Below are positions 1-12,115 of a DNA stretch of 64,000 nucleotides, one piece after another. The stretch lies in assembly GCF_018350175.1 (NCBI RefSeq), contig NC_058368.1:106456001-106520000 (forward strand). The letters run 5' to 3'. The stretch is from Felis catus. Lineage: Eukaryota. The position numbers were made by a program, and so were the translations under genes. Positions within the stretch are counted from its first letter, which is position 1. Each line of letters starts with the position of its first letter. Below the pieces are notes generated by a model. That model worked only from the letters and a program-made list of their open reading frames with translations. It did not search any database and had not been told where the DNA came from.

Positions 1-189
1 GCTGTACTGGACCTGATGTTTTTACTGAAACAGACTGAGAACAGCTCTGACATTTGGAATGTGCTATTTGTTAAGTGCATTCTTTTCAATTCCTATAAGG
101 GGAATCAATAATAATTTACATTCATATGGAAAGAGAAGCAGGAGATACTTGTTTTCTTGCTTTGGGTATGTTCTCATGGATTTGTGTCA

Positions 190-785
190 CAGCAAAATTT
201 GCAGGGACCTTTGTCATCTTGCTATTCTATAGGACATCATGCTGGTGAAGTATATTGATGGCATCATGCTAAATAGATCAGGTAGTGGGAGGTGACAAGT
301 ATTGCACAAGTATTCCAAAACTAGCAAGAAGGTTCATGCTATTACATGCATAATAAGCCCTGTGAAGGCTCAGGGCCAGCAACATCCATGAAGTCTATGG
401 CTTTGCAGATCATCCCTACCACTTACAACTAATCAGCCGGCAGGGTACACAGTGCTTGGCAGTAATGTGCAGTCCCACTTTTTGGGTGATTTAGAAGACT
501 ATTAAGTTAGGGGCTTGGAGTAAGGAGGAGGGTCTACAACGGTTTGCTACCATAAAATAAGTGATTGTGCTAGAAGTTTCCTTGAAAGAAAAGGATGCTT
601 GAGTATCTATGGTAATCCCAGTAGAGAGATGTAGCACAGACTTTGAGAATTTAAAGGAAGGCCTTTTCTTCTGCAGTGGATAACTATTTACCATTTCAAA
701 AATAGCTCCTGGCCTTTTATGGGATGTTGGTAGACTTAGTGTTTGACCATGCAATGCCAAATGACTATGCAGCTGCTATTACTTA
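190..785 (+). mobile_element. Degraded ERV-L (class III) pol remnant, reverse transcriptase/connection region
   Basis: 242-271 translates LVKYIDGIML (ERV-L RT motif LVHYIDDIML). ~667-735 translates SSAVDNYLPFQK*LLAFYGMLVD (ERV-L SSADNYSPFE.QLLACYWALVE). Many stops and indels. Confidence 0.75.
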
Positions 786-805
786 CTGTGACTTGAGTTT
801 CATTA

Positions 806-807
<2 letters not shown>

Positions 808-840
<33 letters not shown>

Positions 841-845
841 TAATA
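808..845. repeat. (TAA)n microsatellite
   Basis: Direct reading: taataataataataataataataataacaataatag. Confidence 0.95.
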
Positions 846-984
846 GTATTTTCTAGCCTTCATTTTAGCAAAGTCACTATGTGGTCATAATCAAGATCTT
901 TCACATAATTTGTTTATACTAAAAGCCTTGACAAATTGTATTTCCTTTTTCTTCCAGTAGTAATGTAGTATATATTTTTTGAGT

Positions 985-1470
985 AATAGTAGGAGACTTG
1001 AGCACTCCATTTAAACCAATGGCTAGATCATTCTTACAGAAAATCAATAAGGAAACAATGTCTTTGCATGACACATTGGATCAGATGCACATAACATATA
1101 TATAGAATAGAACATTCCTTCCCAAAACAACAGAATACCTGTTGTTTTCAAGAGCACATGGAACATTCTCCACAACAGGTGACATATAGGGAATTGAACA
1201 AGCCCTGATAAATTTAAGAAGATGGAAATTACACCATGCATCTTTGCCAACCAAAACTAGTGGGTCAATGAAACAATGAAAGAAGAAACAAAAATACCAG
1301 GGAGCCAAATGAAAATGAAAATACAACGGTCAAAGATCTTTGGGACACAGCAAAAGCAGTTCTAAGAGGGAAGTAGAAGACAAGATAGGCCTAACTCAAG
1401 AAATAATTAAAAGCTCAAATGAACAATCTAAACTTAGACCTAAAGAATCAGAAAAAGAACAAAGCCCAAG
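985..1470 (+). mobile_element. Older LINE-1 ORF2 fragment (endonuclease C-terminus/linker) interrupting the ERV-L
   Basis: Similar to the reverse complement of 16560-17160, e.g. aatcaataaggaaacaatgtctttgcatgacacattggatcagatg and tgggacacagcaaaagcagttctaagagggaag. Confidence 0.85.
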
Positions 1471-1499
1471 GTAAATATATCTACTGTTACTAATAATTA

Positions 1500-2800
1500 C
1501 TATGGGATACCTAGCATACACTAGAATTATTATAGGTTAACTGGGTGTAAGGTCATCCTACAGTTCAGTTGATACCCTATGATCAACTGAAACAGAGGGA
1601 AACACTTGACTCCTTGTCAGAAGTGAACTCTGGCTGCACTCAGACCATTGGAAAAGGGAAATTTCCCTAGGAGGCAAAGCTGTGACCTGAATTGATGGAA
1701 ATTCACTTTGCATAGGTGAAGAAGAGGTATGGATATATGTGGACACCTGAGGAGCGAATAGTGGCTGAGCTGCTTGGTTAGGAGTCCTGAAGGAATAAAA
1801 TTAAAATATGAGAGTTATAAATATAGAGGAAATTGGACTCTGGATGGTCTTTTGGGAGTAGTTGTAAGATGTAAATTTTAGTGCTTCACATTAATGTCCA
1901 ACAAAAAGCCTCACTGGCAAGAGGTCATCAGTAAGTGGGGAGATAGAAAGTCTTCTTCAGAAAACCTTGCCTCTCCAGTGCTGGTGCATTGTGCTACCCA
2001 TGACCTGAGTACTGGTGATGGCTCAGAGCAGGGTCTTGGTCTTGACACAATGGAACTAGCAACATCCACTTACGGGTTCAGCGTGCTAGTGTCGTAGCCC
2101 ATACTGATTCCTCACTATAGCACTGTCCTTCAAAGACCCAACCTACCCACTTAGGGGTAGGTTGATTTTATTTGATATTCCATCCTGGAGGGGGCAGCAG
2201 TTCATCATTATAAGGATATGTATTTTTCTTGACTGTCTACAGTACCTCTGACCATTCTGTGTCAATAAGTATTATAAATGGCTCGTACTATGGAATCTCT
2301 CTTTCTATCTACCTCATGACCCAAAGGTACGATTGTGGAATGGCCTATAGTGCAGGCTCAGGTAAGAAACTAGCTTGAGGACCAAACTGAGGGTTTAGAT
2401 TGCTGTACTGCAAGCTGTGATACATGCACTGAACCAGTCACCAGTATGCAGTAGCCTTTTCCCATCCCATCAGCCTTTTCCCATCAGCTATAACACATTG
2501 CTTTAGGAACTAAAAGGGAAGAAGCAAGATTGGCCCCTCTTATTATCCCCTGGGGGTGACCCACTTCTGAAACTGCCATTTCTGTGCCTACACTTAGGGG
2601 CATTTGTGGATTTTCAGAAGAATGCTCTCAGGGAATACAATAAGGGTTCTACTGAACTTGAAGGTATGACTACAACCTAGACACTTTAAACTCCAGGTCA
2701 CTGCCAATAGACTATCAGGCCAAGAACTGAATTAGCATATTGCTCTAGCTGTAGGCAGAGAGGCGATGGGGGCATTTGGTGCATTTTGCCCAGTGATAAT
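1500..2800 (+). mobile_element. Degraded ERV-L pol remnant: RNase H, integrase, dUTPase
   Basis: 1656 GKFP*EAKL (~GKSSQWAEL). 1724 EVWIYVDT*GANSG*AAWLG (~YTDSWAVANGLAGWSG). ~2158 *VDFI..SWRGQQFII (~WQVDYIGPLPSWKGQRFVL). 2649 LLNLKV*LQPRHFKL (~IPLNWKLRLPPGHFGLL, dUTPase). Order matches ERV-L. Confidence 0.75.
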
Positions 2801-2894
2801 GGTGATTAAACTGTTGCCACATTCATGGCCTGACAAGGACACAGGCCTATCATTTTCTGACATGAGTAGATTATTTTTTTACATTCAGTATATG

Positions 2895-3020
2895 TTTGTT
2901 TGTCACCTTTTAGAATGTACACTACACAATGTCAGATACTTGTTTTGCTCATTTATATATCATAAATGGCCAGAAGATAGTAGGGATTCTATAAATACTT
3001 TTTAAATATGTGAACAAATA
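2895..3020 (+). mobile_element. L2 3' end fragment
   Basis: ttagaatgtacactac...cttgttttgctcatt...ataaatactttttaaatatgtgaac, typical degraded L2 terminus. Confidence 0.55.
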
Positions 3021-3859
3021 GTAATGTAACTACTAATAACTGAGAAGAGAAGGAGCAGAAGAATTAGAAGCTAGCTTAAGTGCACAAATTCCTCTTATTT
3101 CACATACGGGCATTCATATATCAGCTCATATTTTGATAAATCCAAACATACCAAGTAAGTATATTATTTGAAATTGAATAGTAAGTATCAGAATGAATTA
3201 AAATAGACCTTGTTATCAGTGGTCCTGTAGAAAGTGTAGATGGGCTGGGGAACACTACTTTTATTTTAAACTTTTATTTTTATCAAACAACTATACACAG
3301 AACCATTCTATAAATTTTATAAAGGCACTTACTTTCAACTTCCACTTCTCTTTATTCGCATTTAACTCAATTTTTCTAAATTGTAGGTGAACACTGCTAT
3401 TTTTGGATATTACCTAAGTCAGTTACTCAGCATTTACATGTTTATGGAAATACTGCTCTTTGCTGATTCAGGGAATGTGCTGTACCCTTGTGCTTTTTTA
3501 GCTTAATGATTGCTTTCTATGCTTGGTGCATTCCCCCCCACCCCATATATACACATAGCTGAGTAATACATCTTATAGTTATAAATCCAAATGTTTGCTT
3601 ACAGTTGGAAAATCTCTATCAGCTTTTAATTCTTCCCACTGAGGGCCACCTTTGCGTAGTCCTACATTGTTGTGCTCCAAACTAACCCTATTGGTCTAGT
3701 CTTCACTTCGGATCCCCTTTCTTGCTTTCTTCTGTCCTATTCTTGGAGAGCTGGAGAAGCACCAACCAATTTTCAATAAGAGATCTATAATTTGGAAGCA
3801 AGGAGGGGAATTAGATTAAGTGTTTTGTAGATCTATGCCTTCCTTTTTCTTAGTTTGCT

Positions 3860-4300
3860 CTGTCACTTGATCGATTTATTTTTTTCTGGTAAGTATTTAA
3901 GAGAACATGAAAGATAATACATTGGAATCCTTGCTTGACTGAAAAATACTTTGATTCTATCTCTTCTCATGAGGGAAAGTTTGGATGCATATGGAATGAC
4001 ACACTTGGTACTATGTATTGCCTCCTGGTATGCAGTGTTGGAGAAGCCAAAAGACTTTCTCATGCTCATTCTCTTTATGGATCCTCTCCATGCCCCGGAG
4101 ATGTAGGGATCTTTATTTTTCATTAAGATGATGTCATTTTTTTCTTCCATCTGTTTTGCTAGGCACTTGATGATGAGTTACAATTTTGAGACCCTTGTCC
4201 TTTAGTTCAGAAAAAATTGCCAGCGTATTTCCCCCAAAACCTCAGAGGAAGACTTTCACTTTCTCTGTCAGGTGCCACTGCTGTTATTTTGCTACCTTGG
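3860..4300 (-). mobile_element. Ancient L1/HAL1 ORF1 C-terminal remnant
   Basis: ORF 3863-4150 contains IPYASKLSLMRRDRIKVFFSQ, alignable to ILYPASLSFRIEGEIKVFPNK of the intact ORF1 in this window. Confidence 0.6.
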
Positions 4301-6226
4301 TCAGTCGCTTCTGTGATTGAGACATGAACCCAGACATCTATTGGCGTAAGTCTGATAACACAGAAAAAGCTGACATATGGTAGAAGAGAATAAAGTCCAT
4401 GTGTAAAAGAAGAAAAGATTAGAAACGAGTAGGCAGTCCTAACCACTTGTACCTCCAAGTCTGGGTTATTCCTGTGGTTCCTGGAAGTGTTTTTCCCTCC
4501 ATTGATAGGGAGATTTTGACTGAGTTACATTTTGATTGACGTAGTTTGATTTGTGTTTCTTTCATAACTCTAAAATGAGTTTGTTACTACAGGGTATATT
4601 GTTGAAACATGGAGAAGCAGCCACTCTCATTTGGGCTATTTGTTTTCAGAGATCATGTAATTTTATTAAAATTCCCTTGACTCTTTGATATCTAGCCATG
4701 GCTGAGAAACTCTTGTTCCCCCAGTAAGTCACCAACATTTAAGAGAAGAGATTGTTGTTTGAGAGAATCTTGCTTGGTATTAATTTCAGGACTCTGGGGA
4801 TTTTAAATTTGTAAGACCTTATGGAGGAAACTGAAATCGGCATTCTCAGTGTCCTTAAAGAGAAAATAATGTAAATTATTTGGAGATAATTTAGCTCTAT
4901 TCCTGCCCAAAGGCTGAAAGTTGCATTTAATCAACATTTTTCCAAATGTTTTCCAGGAAAAGTAGAGGAAGGTCTGAGATATAAGGCCTATGTATATACA
5001 CTTGAAAGACATTGTCATGATTCAGATGTTAAGCTGCGTTTTCACGACATCAAAACCAAGACATATGCAGAAAAATGTTAAAATCACTAAATATAAGAAC
5101 TTTCATGTTAAAATTTGTTTTTATAATTCTTTAAACCTTTGATAGCTTACAGCAACCAGTGTGGCATTAGTGTATGTATGTAAAATGTAAAAATCGGAGC
5201 ATCAAAATTGTATGTATTGTGAATAGTTATTTCTGTTTAAAAAATACTCGGTTCCCCAAAAGATCTGCCAGAGAAATTTTAACATAAAGGTTGCTTTAGA
5301 AGACTTAGTTTATTTAAAACTGTTCAATTTTTCATCAGTATTTGCCCTTATAAAGGGCATAAAATTCCTTAGACTATTGCCGTACTTGAATTTTGTAATC
5401 ATGCAGAATGTTGTTCTGCTTCTTTAAAAAAACTGTAACCATAGAAAATTTAAAACAAACAAAGTTGCATATGTTTCCAGGTTTACATCACAGGGCATTT
5501 ATTAAAGATTATCTACCACCCAAACAGCAGCAAGTTTCTTTAATTTAGGATTGACACATGGTATGGACCCTGGCAGATTGTATGTTTCCTAGGAGGGGAT
5601 CACCATGTTACAGAAATGGGAGTGGAGAGATGCAGAAAAATTATTTTTATCAATGTTTTAAATCTTTTTCAGTGTATTCAGTATTGAATCCAGAATAAAC
5701 ATTTCAACTCTCATTTTTCATCTTTCGACTTCAGTGGTGCAGCATTGATCATTTTAGGTCACGGTTTTTTTGCAACATCAGTTAAAGAGGGATTTAGTTG
5801 AGGAATGTGCTGTGCTAAACAGTTAGTAGGAGTAATGAATGGAGTGAAACATACCCACTCTGTAGACTTTGCATCTGTGGGACTTTTGTGAAAAGGAGAC
5901 TGACTGGTTACTGGGGCCAACTGGACACAAGATGCTTTAGTCATGGTGTGAATAGGGAATATCCTTAAATCAGAGAATTGGATTCCATCAGGATGTAGTT
6001 GGCATTTTTTAGAAAATATTTTCTATTTTGTGAGCATTGAACCCTGGCCAACTTGTTAAGAACATAAATCCTACTTCCCTTTCACTAGGTTTTCATATAT
6101 TTTGATATATTCTTAGGTTCATCTAGATTTAAAACTTAGAACTGAACTCTTCTTAGGGAATAGAATTTTTTTTCATGAAGTGATTATGTTTGTCTTTATA
6201 ATGCTTTTCTCCTTGATGTCTACTTT

Positions 6227-6448
6227 TTTATGATTATTTATTATTGAGAGAGAGAAAGAGAGAGAGAACGCACATATGTGAGAGATCTGGGAAGGAACAC
6301 CGTGAGATGGAGAGAGAGAATCTCAAGCAGGCTCCTCACTGTCAGTGCAGAGCCTGATCTGTGGCTTGATCCCACCAACCCCGTGAGGTCATTACCTGAG
6401 GTGAAATCAAGGGTTGGATGCTCAACGGTCTGAGTCACCCAGGCGCCA
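6227..6448 (-). mobile_element. CAN-SINE
   Basis: tRNA-derived head, (CT)n, A-tail; perfect 18-nt TSD ctccttgatgtctacttt at 6209-6226 and 6449-6466. Confidence 0.95.
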
Positions 6449-7089
6449 CTCCTTGATGTCTACTTTAAGTTCCTATTAATAGTGGAACTGTTTCTTGGTG
6501 ACACTTTGCATGGTGTAACTCATCCCATCACTTTACCTTGACCCTTATGTTTTGATGTGTCATCTTGTAAGTATATTAAAGTTGATTTTTGAAAAATCAA
6601 GTGAGACAATCTTAGACTTATTTCATATGCTTTTTCCTCCAGGTTGTACATTTCTGTTTCTTTCCTTTCTTGACTTCTGGGATGATTAAATGTTTTTTCT
6701 CACTTATTTTAATTCTGCTAATATAATTAATTACATAATTATAACTAAAACTGCTTAATTTGTAAGTTATAAACTCTGGTTCTTGAAAATTAGTCATTAT
6801 GCTTCTATCTTAATATATAACAAGATCAAAAGTCAAGTTTTAAGAATCCATTGCAGATGACATAAGGATACTAGAAAATGTTGAGTTTATTCATTTCTTT
6901 ACCTATTTAAGAGCTCAGAGTTGCTGTGCCTTTAAGCCTTGTTTTAATAACTAAACAAGACATTATTATTATGGATTACTCTTATGTTGTCAGTGTTTAT
7001 TTAGATTTCTATAATTTTTTCCTGACATAAAATTTGAATATACACATATGCATTGAAATATTTTCTCCTTATGTGTCCTGACATTTCAT

Positions 7090-7431
7090 TTTCTTAACAG
7101 TGACTTTGAAAAAACAAACCTATCTTTTATAGTTTTAGCCTTCACGTTAATGATGCTCTTAAAGTTGATTTTCATGTGTGTTGTGGGGAAAAGGTCAAGG
7201 TTTAGTATGTTTGTACATGGAAATATCTGGTGATTCTAGTCCCATTTGCTTGGAATGTTTTCCTTAATACATTGAATTTTCTTGAAAGTATAGTAGAAAA
7301 TCAATTGATATATATGTGGATGAATTTCTGACCTTCCTATTTTGTTCAATTGATCTCTATAGGTATCTATAGGAAGTTTTGACTACTATACTATACTATA
7401 ATCATAAGTTTTGGGATGACATAATGTAATT
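7090..7431 (-). mobile_element. Ancient L1 (L1M-type) ORF2 fragment, target of the younger L1
   Basis: Degraded similarity to L1 ORF2 (gaaaatcaattgatatatatgtggatgaatttctgaccttcctattttgttcaattgatct); continues colinearly after 11172. Confidence 0.65.
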
Positions 7432-7448
7432 CCCACAACTTTTTTCTT

Positions 7449-10400
7449 TTTTTTAATTGAGCAAAAACACTTTATTTATTTATTTATTTATTGTTAAGCT
7501 TTTTGAAATTTAATTTAAAAAAATTTTAATATGAAATTTATTGTCAAATTGGTTTCCATATAACACCCAGTGCTCATCCCAACAGGTGCCCTCCTCAATA
7601 CCCATCACCCACCCTCCTCTCCCTCCCACTCCCCATCAACCCTCAGATTGTTCTCAGATTTTAAGAGTCTCTTATGGTTTGGCACCCTCCCTCTCTAACT
7701 TTTATTTTCCTTCCCCTCCCCCATGGTCTTCTGTTAAGTTTCTCAGGATCCACGTAAGAGTGAAAACATATGGTATCTGTCTTTCTCTGTATGACTTCTT
7801 TCACTTAGCATAACACTCTCCAGTTCCATCCACATCACTGCAAAAGGCCATATTTCATTCTTTCTCATTGCCACGTAGTATTCCATTGTGTATATAAACC
7901 ACAATTTCTTTATCCATTCATCAGTTGATGGACATTTAGGCTCTTTCCATAATTTGGCTACTGTTGAGAGTGCTGCTATAAACATTGGGGTACAAGTGCC
8001 CCTAGGTATCAGCACTCCTGTATCCCTTGGGCAAGTTCCTAGCAGTGCTATTGCTGGGTCATAGGGTAGATCGATTTTTAATTGTTTGAGGAACCTCCAC
8101 ACTGTTTTCCAGAGTGGCTGTACCAGTTTGCATTGCCACCAACAGGGCAAGAGGGTTCCCGTTTCTCCACATCCTCTCCAGCATCTATAGTCTCCTGATT
8201 TGTTCATTTTAGCCACTCTGAGTGGCGTGAAGTGATATCTGAGTGTGGTTTTGATTTGTATTTCCCTGATGAGGAGCGATGTTGAGCATCTTTTCGTGTG
8301 CCTGTTGGCCATCTGGATGTTTTCTTTAGAGAAGTGTCTATTCATGTTTTCTGCCCATTTCTTCACTGGGTTATTTGTTTTTTGGGTGTGGAGTTTGGTG
8401 AGCTATTTATAGATTTTACATACTAGCCCTTTGTCTGATATGTCATTTGCAAATATCTTTTCCCATTCCATCGTGTGCCTTTTAGTTTTGTTGATTGTTT
8501 CCTTTGCAGTGCAGAAGCTTTTTATCTTCATGAGGTCCCAATAGTTCATTTTTGCTTTTAATTCCCTTGCCTTTGGAGATGTGTCAAGTAAGAAATTGCT
8601 GTGGCTGAGGTCAGAGAGGTTTTTGCCTGCTTTCTCCTTGAGGGTTTTGATGGTTTCCAGTTCTCACATTCAGGTCCTTTATCCATTTTGAGTTTATTTT
8701 TGTGAATGGTGTAAAAAAGTGGTCTAGTTTTAACCTTCTGCATGTTGCTGTCCAGTTCTCCCAGCACCATTTGTTAAAGAGACTGTCTTTTTTCCATTGG
8801 ATGTTCTTTCCTGCTTTGTCAAAGATTAGATGGCCATACTTTTGTGGGTCCAATTCTGGAGTCTCTATTCTACTCCATTGGTCTATGTGTCTAGTTTTGT
8901 GCCAATACCATGCTGTCTTGATGATTACAGCTTTGTAGTAGAGGCTAAAGTCTGGGATTGTGATGCCTCCCCCTTTGGTCGTCGTCTTCAAAATTACTTT
9001 GGCTATTCAGGGTCTTTTGTGGTTCCATATAAATTTTAGGATTGTTTGTTCTAGCTTCGAGAAGAATGCTGGTGCAACTTTGATTGGGATTGCATTAAAT
9101 GTGTAGATAGCTTTGGGTGGTATTGACATTTTAACAATATTTATTTTTCCAATCCATGAGCACAGAATGTTTTTTCATTTCTTTATATCTTCTTCAATTT
9201 CCTTCATCAGCTTTATGTAGTTTTCAGCATTCAGATCTTTTAGATCTTTGGTTAGGTTTATTCCTAGGTATTTTATGCTCTTGGTGCAATTGTGAATGGG
9301 TTCAGATTCTTTATTTGTCTTTCTGTTGCTTCATTATTAGTGTATAAGAATGCAACTGATTTCTGTATATTGATTTTGTATCCTGTGACTTTGCTGAATT
9401 CATGTATCAGTTCTAGCAGACTTTTGGTGGAGTCTGTCGGATTTTCCATGTATAATATCATGTCATCTGCAAAAAGCGAAAGCTTGACTTCATCTTTGCC
9501 AATTTTGATGCCTTTGATTTCCTTTTGTTGTCTGATTGCTGATGCTAGAACGTCCAACACTATGTTAAACAACAGTGGTGAAAGTGGACATCCCTGTCAT
9601 GTTCCTGATCTCCGGGGGAAAGCTCTCAGTTTTTCCCCATTGAGGATATTAGCTGTGGGCTTTTCATAAATGGCTTTTATGATGTTTAAGTATGTTCCTT
9701 CTATCCCGACTGTCTTGAGGGTTTTTATTAAGAAAGGATGCTGAATTTTGTCAAATGCTTTTTCTGCATCGATTGACAGGATCATATGGTTCTTTTCTTT
9801 TATTAATGTGATGTATCACATTGATTGATTTGTGAATGCTGAACCAGAAATGAATCCCGCTTGATCATGGTGAATAATTCTTTTTATATGCCGTTGAATT
9901 CGACTTGCTAGTATCTTATTGAGAATTTTTGCATCCGTATTTATCAGGGATATTGGCCTGTAGTTCTCTTTTTTTTGCTGGGTCTCTGTGTGATTTAGGA
10001 ATCAAAGTAATGCTGGCTTCATAGAATAAGTCTGGAAGTTTTCCTTCCCTTTCTATTTTTTGGAACAGCTTGAGAAGAATAGGTATTATCTCTGCTTTAA
10101 ATGTCTGGTAGACTTCCCCAGGGAAGCCATCTGGTCCTGCACTCTTATTTGTTGGGAGATTTTTGATAACTGATTCAATTTCTTTTCTAGTTATGGGTGT
10201 GTTCAAATTTTCTATTTCTTCCTGTTTGAGTTTTGGAAGTGTGTGGGTGCTTAGGAATTTGTCCATTCCTTCCAGGTTGTCCAGTTTGTTGGCATATAAT
10301 TTTTCCTAGTATTCCCTGATAATTGCTTGTATTTCTGAGGGATTGGTTGTAATAATTCCATTTTCATTCATGTTTTTATCTGTTTGCGTCCTCTCCCTTT

Positions 10401-11154
10401 TCTTTTTGAGAATCCTGGATAGAGGTTTATCAATTTTGTTTATTTTTTTAAAAAACCAACTCTAGGTTTCATTGATCTGTTCTACAGTTTTTTTAGATTC
10501 TATATTGTTTATTTCTGCTCTGATCTTTATATATCTCTTCTTTTGCTGGACTTGGGGTGTCTTTGCTGTTCTGCTTCTATTTCCTTTAGGTGTGCTGTTA
10601 GATTTTGTATTTGGGATTTTTCTTGTTTCTTGAGATAGGCCTGGATTGCAATGTATTTTCGTCGCAGAACTGCCTTCGCTGCATCCCAAAGCGTTTGGAT
10701 TATTGTATTTTCATTTTCATTTGTTTCCATATATTTTTAAATTTCTCTAATTGCCTGGTTGACCCATTCCTTCTTTAGTAGGGTGTTCTTTAACCTCTAT
10801 GCTTTTGAAGGTTTTCCAGTCTTTGTCCTGTGGTTGATTTCAAGCTTCATAGCCTTGTGGTCTGAAAGTGTGCATGGTATGATCTCAATTCTGGTTGAGG
10901 GCTGTTTTGTGACCCAGTATGTGATCTATCTTGGAGAATGTTCCATGTGATCTCAAGAAGAAAGTATATTCTGTTGCTTTGGGATGCAGAGTTCTAAATC
11001 TGTCAAGTCCATCTGATCCAATGTATCATTCAGGGCCCTTGTTTCTTTATTGATCCTGTGTCTAGATGATCTATCCATTGTTGTAAGTGGAGTATTAAAG
11101 TCCCCTGCAATGAGCCCAGCGTCCTCCAACGTGGCTATCTTCCCCAGTCCCCAC
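7449..11154 (-). mobile_element. Young felid LINE-1, internally deleted (5' terminal ~43 nt + ORF2 from late endonuclease + 3'UTR + tail)
   Basis: Highly similar to 13540-17169. TSD cccacaactt(t)(t/a)ttctt at 7432-7448 and 11155-11171 (one mismatch). 11112-11154 matches the L1 5' terminus. Confidence 0.95.
7743..11110 (-). pseudogene. ORF2: L1 ORF2 (EN partial/RT/C-terminal), fragmented
   Basis: ORF pieces 10527-10730, 9916-10266, 9597-9785, 9273-9572 ([11 protein letters not shown]), 8611-8991, 7743-8366 (CWRGC...CWWQC); many frameshifts and small deletions. Confidence 0.95.
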
Positions 11155-11772
11155 CCCACAACTTTATTCTTGAAAAATTTGTGCAGGTTGTATTAAATCC
11201 TTTGCATTTTTATATGAATTTAAGAATGAGCTTGTTATATGAATCACTATGCTGGAATTTGCAAATTTTTTAAACTTACATGTCAGATTGAAGGGAAATG
11301 ACATCTTAATAATATAAGTGTTCCAAACTGAACATGATAGATCACCTTTCATAACTGTACAATATTTGTAGTTTAAATTGTAAAGTTCATACATATTTTA
11401 AGTATATCCCTCATATGTCATGTTTGGTATAATGGTATTTTAAAATTTCAGCGAATGAAACTTAAGCTTTATAGTTAGATACCTTTTGTATATGGTGTGA
11501 AGTATGATTGAGGCCTTGATTTTTTCCCCATGGGTCTTTTTCTGAACTCTCCATTGTATTCTTTTGATCTGTGTGTTTATCCTTAATCAACATGTCACTG
11601 TCATGGTAACTGTAGCTTTATATTAAGTCATGAAATTGAGTAATGGGAGTCCACCCCCCCCCTTTTTTTTTTTTTTGATATTACAGCTCCTTTGACTCTT
11701 CACATTGATTTATTTTAGAAAAAGCATTTCAACGTTTAAAAAAGTTCTTTCTGGGGTTTAGATTAGGATATC

Positions 11773-11892
11773 TTTTTTTTTTTTTTTTAAGATTCTATTT
11801 TTCAGCAATCTATATACCCAGCACGAGGCTCAAGCTCATGACCCTGAGGTCAAGAGTTGCATACTTTTCCACCTGAGCTAGCCAGGAGCCCC
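11773..11892 (-). mobile_element. Short CAN-SINE variant lacking (CT)n
   Basis: tRNA-Lys-like head ggggctcctggctagctcag...gagcctcg, short tail, polyA; degenerate TSD gattaggatatc/gattgggatgtc. Confidence 0.85.
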
Positions 11893-11962
11893 TTGATTGG
11901 GATGTCTTAAATCTAGTGATTGTTTTAAGAAGAACTGACTTCCTAAAAATAGTGGTTTTTCA

Positions 11963-12115
11963 GAGGCACCTGGGTGGCTCGGTTAAGCGGCTGACTTTGG
12001 CTCAGGTCATGATCTAGTGATTCATAAGTTTGAGCTCCACATCGGGCTCTCTGCTGACAGCTCTGAGCCTGGAGCCTACTTGAGATTCTATATCTTCCTC
12101 TTTCTCTCTGCCCTC
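11963..12115 (+). mobile_element. CAN-SINE, 3' truncated
   Basis: gaggcacctgggtggctcggttaagcgg...gctgacagctctgagcctggagcc; no A tail. Confidence 0.9.

Noticed and set aside
5735..6010. Possible exon or pseudogene in unique DNA
   Set aside because: Acceptor-like sites exist, but + frames have stops and no frame gave a recognisable protein
11105..11118. Splicing as the cause of the L1 internal deletion
   Set aside because: By comparison with the full-length copy, the missing segment has no GT...AG ends on either strand
11773..11892. tRNA-Lys genes (also 49101-49222 and 59548-59680)
   Set aside because: tRNA-like heads are followed by SINE tail, polyA and TSDs; these are retroposed SINEs
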